DNA of 10,095 bases from Spirochaetota bacterium (GTDB lineage Bacteria; Spirochaetota; UBA4802; UBA5550). Under the pieces are notes generated by a model, which was given only the letters and a program-made list of their open reading frames with translations, was not told the DNA's origin and ran no database searches. Below are positions 1 to 6,920 of the stretch, piece by piece (position 1 is the first letter of the stretch; each line of letters starts with the position of its first letter). The DNA is taken from the NCBI GenBank assembly GCA_050298055.1, contig JBNKTL010000057.1:20876-30970 (forward strand). Reading direction: 5' to 3'. The position numbers and the translations under genes were made by a program.

Positions 1-156
1 AGGGACCGTCCCGGGACTTTGAAAGCTGATGCTGATTCTGAACCCGTTGATTTTTTTTGCAACGGGAAAATTCAGGACAGTGATCGTGTAATCGGCAGAA
101 GACCCCTCATCCTCCCGTATGGTCAATTTGTATATTGCGTAATGGTTCCTTTTCAT
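1..156 (-). CDS. 5' part of a hypothetical protein running off the left edge (MKRNHYAIYKLTIREDEGSSADYTITVLNFPVAKKINGFRISISFQSPGTVP...)
   Basis: Hand translation: ATG at 156-154, 52 open codons to the edge, in-frame TGA just upstream, weak GAGCGGTG RBS-like sequence. Not in the ORF track; no family recognised. Confidence 0.55.
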   Translation of the reverse strand, partial: MKRNHYAIYKLTIREDEGSSADYTITVLNFPVAKKINGFRISISFQSPGTVP

Positions 157-178
157 TTGATTTCACCGCTCAAAAAAA

Positions 179-206
179 GTAAAGACGTATAATCATACGT
201 CTTTAC
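179..206. repeat. Perfect 12-bp inverted repeat, GTAG-type REP-like palindrome
   Basis: GTAAAGACGTAT-aatc-ATACGTCTTTAC between divergent genes; resembles the GTAGAGACG...CGTCTCTAC REP layout. Confidence 0.7.
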
Positions 207-269
207 AGGGACGCAGAAAAATACTTAATTTTCAAGAAAAAAATATCACACCATGGGCAGGTTCTCTTA

Positions 270-301
270 TTGACAAATCAGTCAACCTGTGTATATACAC
301 T
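270..301 (+). promoter_or_regulatory. Probable sigma70 promoter of the kinase gene, with a TTGAC-N6-GTCAA palindrome over the -35
   Basis: TTGACA at 270-275; -10 candidates TATATA 292-297, TATACA 294-299, TACACT 296-301; palindrome at 270-285. Confidence 0.45.
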
Positions 302-305
302 CTCC

Positions 306-1205
306 ATGCACACACTGATTTTCGGACTCAACCCTGCGTGGCAAAAGATACTGGAATTTGATTCACTGGGGATAAACAGCATTAACCGCGCGGTAAAAGT
401 TCAAAGCTTTGCCTCGGGAAAGGGAATAAATTGTATCCGGGTCCTTTCCCGGCTGGGGGGCAGCGGGACACTTGTTCACTTCACCGGGGGAGATTCGGGG
501 AGACGGATATCTTCGGAGCTTGCACGCCAGGGGATACGGTGTATAAACCAGGAGATCCATGATGAAACAAGGACCTGCACCACACTTATGGCACAGGGGA
601 TAAGTACCGAGCTCATTGAACCCTCTCCCCGGGTGACGGAGAAGGAAAGAGAGATGCTTCTGAAAAAGCTTGAGCCGGTCCTGGAGAACACCGGCCTTGC
701 GGTCTTCTGCGGGACCTTCCCCGGAGGTATTGACAGGGGCTTTTTTGACTTTCTGGAAAAGCTTCCCTCTTCGTGCAGGATAATACTCGATGGAGTAAAG
801 GGAGTAGAACCCCTACTGGAACAGGGGGTCTCTCTTCTCAAGATAAACAGGCATGAAATGAAAGAGCTCACGGGGACAGAGGATTTTCTCACCGCATGCA
901 GGGGCCTCAGGGAGAGATACGGGATTGAGAACATTGCCGTGACTGACGGCAGCAGGCCGGTCCATGCCTTTCTCGGACCGGAGATGCATATTATTAAAAT
1001 ACCGGAACCGGGGAAACCGGTAAACGTCATAGGGGCGGGGGATGCCTTTCTCGCAGGGTGGATAGATGCGCGGGGCAGAGAAATATCAGGCAAAAACTCT
1101 CTTGAATATGCCTGCGCGGTCTCCCTTGCCAGGTGCAGGGTTATGATTCCCTGGGAACTGGACCCGGGTGACGCGGAGAGATTCTATTCTCTCCTGAAAT
1201 CCTGA
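306..1205 (+). CDS. PfkB/ribokinase-family carbohydrate kinase (1-phosphofructokinase/tagatose-6-phosphate kinase-like)
   Basis: N-terminal GLNPA, ASGKGIN (PfkB signature 1-like), TRTCTT, KINRHE, and VNVIGAGDAFLAG (signature 2 with catalytic Asp). ATG 306 is preferred over TTG 270, which is the -35 box. Confidence 0.92.
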   Translation: MHTLIFGLNPAWQKILEFDSLGINSINRAVKVQSFASGKGINCIRVLSRLGGSGTLVHFTGGDSGRRISSELARQGIRCINQEIHDETRTCTTLMAQGISTELIEPSPRVTEKEREMLLKKLEPVLENTGLAVFCGTFPGGIDRGFFDFLEKLPSSCRIILDGVKGVEPLLEQGVSLLKINRHEMKELTGTEDFLTACRGLRERYGIENIAVTDGSRPVHAFLGPEMHIIKIPEPGKPVNVIGAGDAFLAGWIDARGREISGKNSLEYACAVSLARCRVMIPWELDPGDAERFYSLLKS

Positions 1206-1210
1206 CCGGG

Positions 1211-1247
1211 TGTTGAAAGCCTCCGGACCTCCCGGGGACTTTCAACA
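1211..1247. terminator. Stem-loop 5 nt after the kinase stop, between convergent genes; possible terminator
   Basis: TGTTGAAAGCCTCCGG-acctc-CCGGGGACTTTCAACA: 16-bp stem with one mismatch and one G-U, followed by TTATTT. Confidence 0.5.
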
Positions 1248-1330
1248 TTATTTACCGGAAACTCCCGGCCCGCATATCTCACTTCCATGGAAACTACAGC
1301 TTGTTTGTTTTCTTAAAGAGAAATTAAGTT

Positions 1331-2134
1331 CTATTTTAGATGCTTACGTGTTTGCTTATTGTATGTATCGATAGGGAGTTTTTTCCAATCCCCTGACAAA
1401 TCGACAATATCATAGTCAGGCAGGTTAAGTTTCAAGAGGGCTTCTTTTAACCCTGCCTTATTGGAATTTATAGTGGCATTGGCGTTTATAACAGTTGTTG
1501 TATCTTTATTTTTGCTTATGATACCGGCATCTATCTTTGTATCACCTAAATAATAGATTTTCTGTTTTTTTACCTTGATGAAACACCCCTGGAAACTGGA
1601 AATCGGCGGTTTTTCGCTGGCAGCTGCATATGAATTCATATAGACCCTTCCTTCATCGGTTATCGTTCCGATAAAAGGATAGATTCCTGTTGCCATAGGT
1701 TGTGACATGAGAGAAACATCTTTCCAGTAATCAAAATAAAAATAATTATTTGCACTGTCTCCGATAACAGCAGGATATACAAGTGCTTCATTGTCATTTT
1801 TCGGGGAAACAGGAACTCTCCAGATCAGGTATCCGTGACTCTTCAGATATGTGTAATGGTGATTCATTGAACCGAATTCAACAGCGTTTTCCTTTTTTAC
1901 CCCCTGCAGACCCACAAACTGGCCGTCATATAATAAGTTATAGAGATAAGAGGAAATCTTGCTGCTCTCTGGGAGCCCGGCACCTAAAACAATATAGCTG
2001 TAATCTCCGGATTGATTGCTGTTGCCGGATGAGTAAATATAGTTGGGAACACCGCTTTTTCCGGATATGCATCCTGTAATAATAAAAGCCAGCAACAAAA
2101 AAGAAAAAGGAATCATGGATCTAAGAAATTTCAT
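1331..2134 (-). CDS. Hypothetical lipoprotein, 267 aa
   Basis: GGAGG RBS just upstream of the ATG; signal peptide MKFLRSMIPFSFLLLAFIITG-C with lipobox Cys22; AT-rich; no catalytic motif recognised. Confidence 0.8.
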   Translation of the reverse strand: MKFLRSMIPFSFLLLAFIITGCISGKSGVPNYIYSSGNSNQSGDYSYIVLGAGLPESSKISSYLYNLLYDGQFVGLQGVKKENAVEFGSMNHHYTYLKSHGYLIWRVPVSPKNDNEALVYPAVIGDSANNYFYFDYWKDVSLMSQPMATGIYPFIGTITDEGRVYMNSYAAASEKPPISSFQGCFIKVKKQKIYYLGDTKIDAGIISKNKDTTTVINANATINSNKAGLKEALLKLNLPDYDIVDLSGDWKKLPIDTYNKQTRKHLK

Positions 2135-2322
2135 ACTGCCTCCAGGTAAGTAAAATATATTGTTTTTATTATCGATAAAATATAATCAGAAAGTTGCTTT
2201 CTATAAGTCAAGAAAAAATATTTTGTTTAACTTGAACTAAGGATTAAGAGAATCTTATTGGTGCAAAATCACGCCGGCTCAGCACCAGCTGAGTAGTGGC
2301 ATTAATTTTTCAATGATAAATC

Positions 2323-2350
2323 TTGACAAACAGGCCATATGAAGTATTAT
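2323..2350 (+). promoter_or_regulatory. sigma70-type promoter for the 2384-2784 lipoprotein gene
   Basis: TTGACA (2323-2328)-N16-TATTAT (2345-2350); AAGGT RBS-like sequence before ATG 2384. Confidence 0.6.
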
Positions 2351-2383
2351 CAATAAAAAACAGAATAGAGAAAAGGTAAAACT

Positions 2384-2784
2384 ATGAAAACAATATTTGC
2401 CGGGATCGCTCTCATTTTTATCTCACTTTTTTTTCATGCGATAAAAATTACAATCTTAATGAATATATGATCGGCAAATGGGCCGTAACGGGCAGCGACT
2501 GTAACGAGAACGGTTCATGTAAAAATCCCTTTAAGTACCTGGGAAAGGATTATTACAAGAAAAACTACGGTTCCACGGTCCTTGAGTTTAAGAAGGGGGG
2601 TATTCTCTACCAGCCAATACTGGGAAAAGGAAAATTTACAGGTGAAAAGAACTCTCTGAAGCTGGGTATAAACCTTGAAGGGAAAACCATATGGAAAAGC
2701 TCACAGGTCATTGTCATGGGGAAAGACCGTGTGCTCATAAAGTTTGGCAAAATCTGGAGAAAGTACAGGCGGATAAAAGAGTAA
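2384..2784 (+). pseudogene. Small lipoprotein (133 aa if restored; lipocalin-like GxW start), frameshifted at T8 2427-2434. May be a pseudogene, phase-variable gene or sequencing error
   Basis: ATG 2384 gives MKTIFAGIALIFISLFF then goes out of frame and stops at TGA 2468-2470. One extra T gives ...LFFS-C-DKNYNLNEY-MIGKW, joining ORF 2467-2784 and creating a lipobox. Confidence 0.75.
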
Positions 2785-2803
2785 ACAGGAGACCTGAAGC
2801 GTA

Positions 2804-4048
2804 TCATGATTTTGCCAGGAGAAGAAAAGTAATATCATCATCGGCACTCTCCTGACCCGAAAACCTGATAATGTCCCTGTAGAGGTCTTCAAGGATATCA
2901 TCACCCCCCGAACATGCCAGGTCAAAAAACCTGTCGGAAAGCCTGTGAAGGGAGTAGTTGTTGCCGGATATTTTCTGCTGGCTGACTGCGCCTCCCGTGT
3001 AGAAGAGTACCCTGTCCCCGGCTTCCATTTTTATTCTGCAGAGATCATACTTCGGGTCCGCGTCAACACCAAGGGCCGACCCCGCGCACCTGATATTGGC
3101 AAAACTCTTCTTCCTGTTCCTGAAATAGAGAGGATAAATGTTACCCGCAGAGACAAGGGACAATGTTGCGGTATCACTGTCATATACGGCATAGCAGCAT
3201 GTGGCATAAAGATCTCTAATGATCTTCTGAAAATGCCTGTTAAGATATTTAAAAAATTTACCCGGTTTCTCCCCCATCTGCTTATAGATCATTGAAACGC
3301 AGCTTTTCAAAACTCCCGTAGCAAGTGAAGCCTGGACCCCCTTCCCCTGGACGTCGGCCATGATAAAGCCCGTCTTTCTCCCACCCAGGTCCAGGATATT
3401 GAGAAAGTCCCCTCCCACGGAACGGCAAGGCCTGTAGATATATGAATAGCTGAGGCCGCCGGGGAGCCTGCGGTTCTCCGGATCTTCAATGCTGGTGAAG
3501 TACTTCTGGAGGTCCTGGGCCCCCACAAGGTCAACCTGTATTTCGATCATCTCATCCATCTTCTCCTTCAGTTCTTTCTGGGAGAAGGTGAAGTTGGAGA
3601 CCACCTTTCTGAAACGGGCGAAAGATTCTTTCAGACATTTTTTATAAAAAACAAGCGCAATATGTTCATTCTCATCTATGAGCTTATCAAAGTCATGCCT
3701 GCTCAACCTGAATATTTCACATTCATCATTGCTGATCACCGTGGCAGACCTGGGGAGATTATCAATGAGAGAGAGCTCTCCGAAAAACTCTCCCGGTCCC
3801 AGGTTGCCCAGGGAGACCTCTTCGGAGTTCCTCTCGGTCCTCAACACACGGACACTCCCGTTTTTGATAATGAACATTGAATCTCCGTCATCATCCTGTT
3901 TGATGATCTCTGAACCGGGGGGATATTTTATGGGGACAAGAAGAGGCAGAATTTGTTTATAGTCCTTTTTGCCCAGTCCTGAAAATATTGAAATCTCAGC
4001 GAGGAGTTTAATAAGGTCTTTTGTCCTGTTGAAAATCATAGCCGGCAA
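2804..4048 (-). CDS. Cyclic-nucleotide-binding domain plus SpoIIE/RsbU-type PP2C phosphatase domain protein
   Basis: cNMP phosphate-binding cassette GEFFGELSLIDNLPRSATV; helical linker; PP2C motifs VGGDF, ADVQGKG and DDITFL, but YTGG in place of YTDG. AGGAG RBS at 4057-4053; start is TTG 4048 or ATG 4039. Confidence 0.9.
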   Translation of the reverse strand: MPAMIFNRTKDLIKLLAEISIFSGLGKKDYKQILPLLVPIKYPPGSEIIKQDDDGDSMFIIKNGSVRVLRTERNSEEVSLGNLGPGEFFGELSLIDNLPRSATVISNDECEIFRLSRHDFDKLIDENEHIALVFYKKCLKESFARFRKVVSNFTFSQKELKEKMDEMIEIQVDLVGAQDLQKYFTSIEDPENRRLPGGLSYSYIYRPCRSVGGDFLNILDLGGRKTGFIMADVQGKGVQASLATGVLKSCVSMIYKQMGEKPGKFFKYLNRHFQKIIRDLYATCCYAVYDSDTATLSLVSAGNIYPLYFRNRKKSFANIRCAGSALGVDADPKYDLCRIKMEAGDRVLFYTGGAVSQQKISGNNYSLHRLSDRFFDLACSGGDDILEDLYRDIIRFSGQESADDDITFLLLAKS

Positions 4049-4097
4049 AAATCTCCTGTTATCACGGGATAAGAGAAAATATCCTCTCTCTATTAAC

Positions 4098-4125
4098 AGT
4101 TTACTATACTATTGAGATTTTTCAA
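4098..4125 (-). promoter_or_regulatory. Putative sigma70 promoter for the cNMP-PP2C gene
   Basis: Minus strand TTGAAA (4125-4120)-N16-TAAACT (4103-4098). Confidence 0.4.
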
Positions 4126-4147
4126 GCAGTTTAAGATATTTTTCTCT

Positions 4148-4193
4148 TTTCAACCCATAGCCACGGGTTTAAACCCGTGGCTATGGGTTGAAA
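4148..4193. repeat. Perfect 46-bp palindrome with no spacer
   Basis: TTTCAACCCATAGCCACGGGTTT|AAACCCGTGGCTATGGGTTGAAA, centred at 4170/4171 between divergent promoters. Confidence 0.95.
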
Positions 4194-4204
4194 TAATAAA
4201 TAAA

Positions 4205-4233
4205 TTGACAGGAAATAAAATCATACCTACCCT
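4205..4233 (+). promoter_or_regulatory. sigma70 promoter placing the transcription start at the ATG of the CHAT gene (leaderless)
   Basis: TTGACA (4205-4210)-N17-TACCCT (4228-4233)-N6-ATG (4240); no SD upstream. Confidence 0.65.
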
Positions 4234-4239
4234 GCTGAC

Positions 4240-6897
4240 ATGAAGAAAAATCATATCGTTGTTACAATCATGATCTTATCCGTCACCCTGCCCCTCTACC
4301 CGGACCCCTGGCATGATACGGCAGACAGTTACTGGATGAAGGGTGAAAAGCTCAAAAAAGAAAAAAGATTTTCCGAGGCCGCGGAAATGTACAGAAAATC
4401 CTCCGAGTCGGAGAAAATGAGCGGTAAACCCAGGAAAGCCGACCTCCAGGCCGAACTCGGGTTTACGGCACTGATGCATGAGTGGTCCGGGAACTACAGT
4501 AAAGCAATTCCCTTTTATAGAGAGGCTCTGCAGATTAACAGGGAACTGAATAACAGTGAAAATGTTATTACGCTCCTGAACAACCTGGGCCTCATGTACT
4601 ACCACGTAAGCAGTTATAGCGAAGCATTGAAATGCTATAACGAGATATTTTCCCTGTTAGACAAACAGGGCAAGTTCCCTGATGCCGTTCTTTATAACAA
4701 TATTGCGCTGGTATACAAGGCCCGGGGGAAATATAGGAAAGCACTGGATTATTATAACAGGGCGCTCAGGCTTGATGAAATTTCCGGGAAGAAAGGCGAC
4801 AGGGCGATCAGGCTGAATAATATCGGCAGGGTTTACCATGCCTGGGGAAGCTATGAAAAGGCCCTCCGGTATTACCGGGACGCGTTAAAGATCGAAGAAG
4901 AGCTTCAAAGGGAGGAGAAAATCGCCATACGCCTGAACAACATCGGCATTGTCTATTATGACTGGAAGCGGTACGGAGAATCACACAGCTATTTCACCCG
5001 GGCTCTTGAGATTCACAGAAAACTGGGAAGAGAGGGAGAGATTGCCCGGGACTATAACAATATCGGCCTGGTTAACCACGAATGGGGCCGCAACAAAGAG
5101 GCAGGGGAATACCTCCGGAAATCCCTGGCCATAAACCGGAAGATGGGACTCAGGGGCGAGGCGGCAACCAATCTTAACAACCTTGGCCTGGTCTCTTTTT
5201 CCCTGCGCGATCACAGTACAGCTATTAATATTTATAAGGAAGCCATAGAAATTGAAAAGGCACTGGGGAGAGTGGATGACATTGCGCGCAATTACAATAA
5301 CATCGGCGCCATATATCATGACCGGAAAGAGTACGGGAACGCCATCATCTATCTTGACAGATCCCTGCAGATAAAGGAGAAACAGAGGCTTACCGCCACG
5401 GGAAAGATACGTCTGGATTACCTCGCCTCCCAGATGAGCACCTACGGATACCTGGTATCTGCTTACATAAGGAACGGGCAGCCGGAAAAGGCATTCAGCA
5501 TCATTGAGCTTTCAAAAGCAAAATACCTTGCGGAACAGCTCGGGGAAAAATCAACAGGAGGGGAAACAGGTTTCAGCAGAGTCAATGAATATCGAAACTC
5601 ACTGGAAAACCATTGGGCAATTATCACTTACGCGAATGTCAATGAATTCCATGAACTGGCAACTATTACGCTTACCCGGAACAGGATCTACGCCGTGGAA
5701 ACCGGCAGAGACACCATTTCCGGAACACTCTATTCAGATTATGAAAAAGAAATGAACAGGGAACTGTCAAAACTGCGCGGCCTGAAGGTGAAGGAGAAGA
5801 AGTCCCGGCAGCTCGCGGGGATGAAAAAAAATGATAAACTGGAAAAGATCATCAACTTCTACAGGCATCTCCTCTCCCGGGAAGCACCCGGCAAGAAAGA
5901 GCTGAAAATGATGAAAAGAATATCGAGGGCCCTCTATAAACTCCTGGTAAAGCCCGTTGAAAAAGAAATCGCGGACAAGAACACCCTGGTAATCATTCCC
6001 GACGGGATCCTCGGGTTTATTCCCTTTGAAACACTGATCATGGATGACGGCAGGTATCTCATAGAGAAATACCATATCCGCTATACAGAGTCCCTGAAGG
6101 TGTCGGAACTGATCGCCAGGAGAAAATACGGCAGCGGGAGGAAACCGATCCTTGCATTTGGAGGGGCAGTCTACAGGGAATCCACCTACGCGGAAGATAT
6201 GGTTGAATCGGAAGGTGAACTGGAAGACCTGAAGGATGAGATCGCAAGGGCCATGAAAAGAGGTGAAAGCACGGAAAAAGGCTACTCGGCCCTGGGGTTT
6301 TCCTCATGGGAAAACCTTCCGGGAACACTTGCAGAGGTAAAAGCACTGAAGTTCATTGAAAAAGAAGCTGTTATATACACCGGCAGGGATGTGAATGAAG
6401 AATCACTTAAGAAGATGTCCCAAAACGGTGAACTGAAAAAGTACAGGGTCATCCACTTTGCTACGCATGGGATCGTTGTGCCCGAGATACCCGGGCTGTC
6501 AGCCGTGGTCCTCTCCCTCCCCGGGAAGAAAGGAGGGAAAGAGGACGGCTACCTCAGGATGAACGAAATAACCGGGCTTGACCTCAATGCCGACTTTGTC
6601 AACCTGTCCGCATGTGAAACGGGACTGGGGAAAATCTACGGGGGTGAAGGTGTCGTGGGCCTGACCCAGTCCTTTCTCATTGCCGGAGCCAGGGGGCTTT
6701 CCGTCTCACTCTGGCAGGTATCCGATGAATCCACCAGGGAATTCATGACGGACCTCTACAGGCTGGTAAAGATGAAGGGGATGAGTTACAGCAGGGCCAT
6801 GACCGAGATCAAAAGAAAATTCATCAGGGGAGACGCGGGACAGGGCGAATACAGGTCCCCCTTTTACTGGGCGTCTTTTGTCTACTACGGGATTTAG
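4240..6897 (+). CDS. Exported TPR-repeat plus CHAT-domain (caspase/separase-like, clan CD) cysteine protease
   Basis: N-terminal basic then hydrophobic signal-like segment; 40-aa TPR units with NNIG/NNLG; CHAT motifs IIPDGILGFIPFETL, LPGTLAEV, IHFATHG (His743), VNLSACETG (Cys792), SLWQVSD and PFYWASF. Confidence 0.95.
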   Translation: MKKNHIVVTIMILSVTLPLYPDPWHDTADSYWMKGEKLKKEKRFSEAAEMYRKSSESEKMSGKPRKADLQAELGFTALMHEWSGNYSKAIPFYREALQINRELNNSENVITLLNNLGLMYYHVSSYSEALKCYNEIFSLLDKQGKFPDAVLYNNIALVYKARGKYRKALDYYNRALRLDEISGKKGDRAIRLNNIGRVYHAWGSYEKALRYYRDALKIEEELQREEKIAIRLNNIGIVYYDWKRYGESHSYFTRALEIHRKLGREGEIARDYNNIGLVNHEWGRNKEAGEYLRKSLAINRKMGLRGEAATNLNNLGLVSFSLRDHSTAINIYKEAIEIEKALGRVDDIARNYNNIGAIYHDRKEYGNAIIYLDRSLQIKEKQRLTATGKIRLDYLASQMSTYGYLVSAYIRNGQPEKAFSIIELSKAKYLAEQLGEKSTGGETGFSRVNEYRNSLENHWAIITYANVNEFHELATITLTRNRIYAVETGRDTISGTLYSDYEKEMNRELSKLRGLKVKEKKSRQLAGMKKNDKLEKIINFYRHLLSREAPGKKELKMMKRISRALYKLLVKPVEKEIADKNTLVIIPDGILGFIPFETLIMDDGRYLIEKYHIRYTESLKVSELIARRKYGSGRKPILAFGGAVYRESTYAEDMVESEGELEDLKDEIARAMKRGESTEKGYSALGFSSWENLPGTLAEVKALKFIEKEAVIYTGRDVNEESLKKMSQNGELKKYRVIHFATHGIVVPEIPGLSAVVLSLPGKKGGKEDGYLRMNEITGLDLNADFVNLSACETGLGKIYGGEGVVGLTQSFLIAGARGLSVSLWQVSDESTREFMTDLYRLVKMKGMSYSRAMTEIKRKFIRGDAGQGEYRSPFYWASFVYYGI
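4579..5307 (+). repeat. Coding tandem repeats (TPR array), 120-bp period
   Basis: AAY-AAY-(I/L)-(G/A) codons at 4579, 4696, 4816, 4936, 5056, 5176 and 5296 (117 bp, then exact 120-bp spacing). Confidence 0.9.
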
Positions 6898-6920
6898 AAA
6901 ATTTTAACCGGGAGATTATA

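Noticed and set aside
270..305. TTG 270 as start of the kinase
   Set aside because: It coincides with the TTGACA -35 box, and PfkB similarity begins at about Met 306.
476..1093. 205-aa minus-strand ORF and other antisense or nested ORFs (e.g. 2945-3295, 4276-4605, 4981-5319, 6824-7216, 7140-7580, 8865-9284)
   Set aside because: They overlap well-supported genes on the opposite strand or in another frame and have no recognisable motifs; treated as shadow ORFs.
1211..1247. TGTTGAAAG...CTTTCAACA as IS terminal inverted repeats
   Set aside because: No transposase or target duplication is visible; its position after a stop codon fits a terminator.
2259..2300. GC-rich patch with alternative pairings (CTCAGC-acca-GCTGAG; TGGTGC/GCACCA) in the AT-rich spacer
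   Set aside because: Stems are only 6-7 bp and match no riboswitch or sRNA I recognise.
4579..5307. 120-bp periodic AACAATATCGGC-like repeats as a possible CRISPR array or DGR repeat
   Set aside because: Repeats are in-frame TPR codons varying at synonymous positions; no spacer structure, cas gene or reverse transcriptase is present.
4240..6897. Calling the CHAT protein Csx29/Craspase or an anti-phage system
   Set aside because: No Cas7-11, CRISPR array, gasdermin or other effector in the window, and the protein appears exported.
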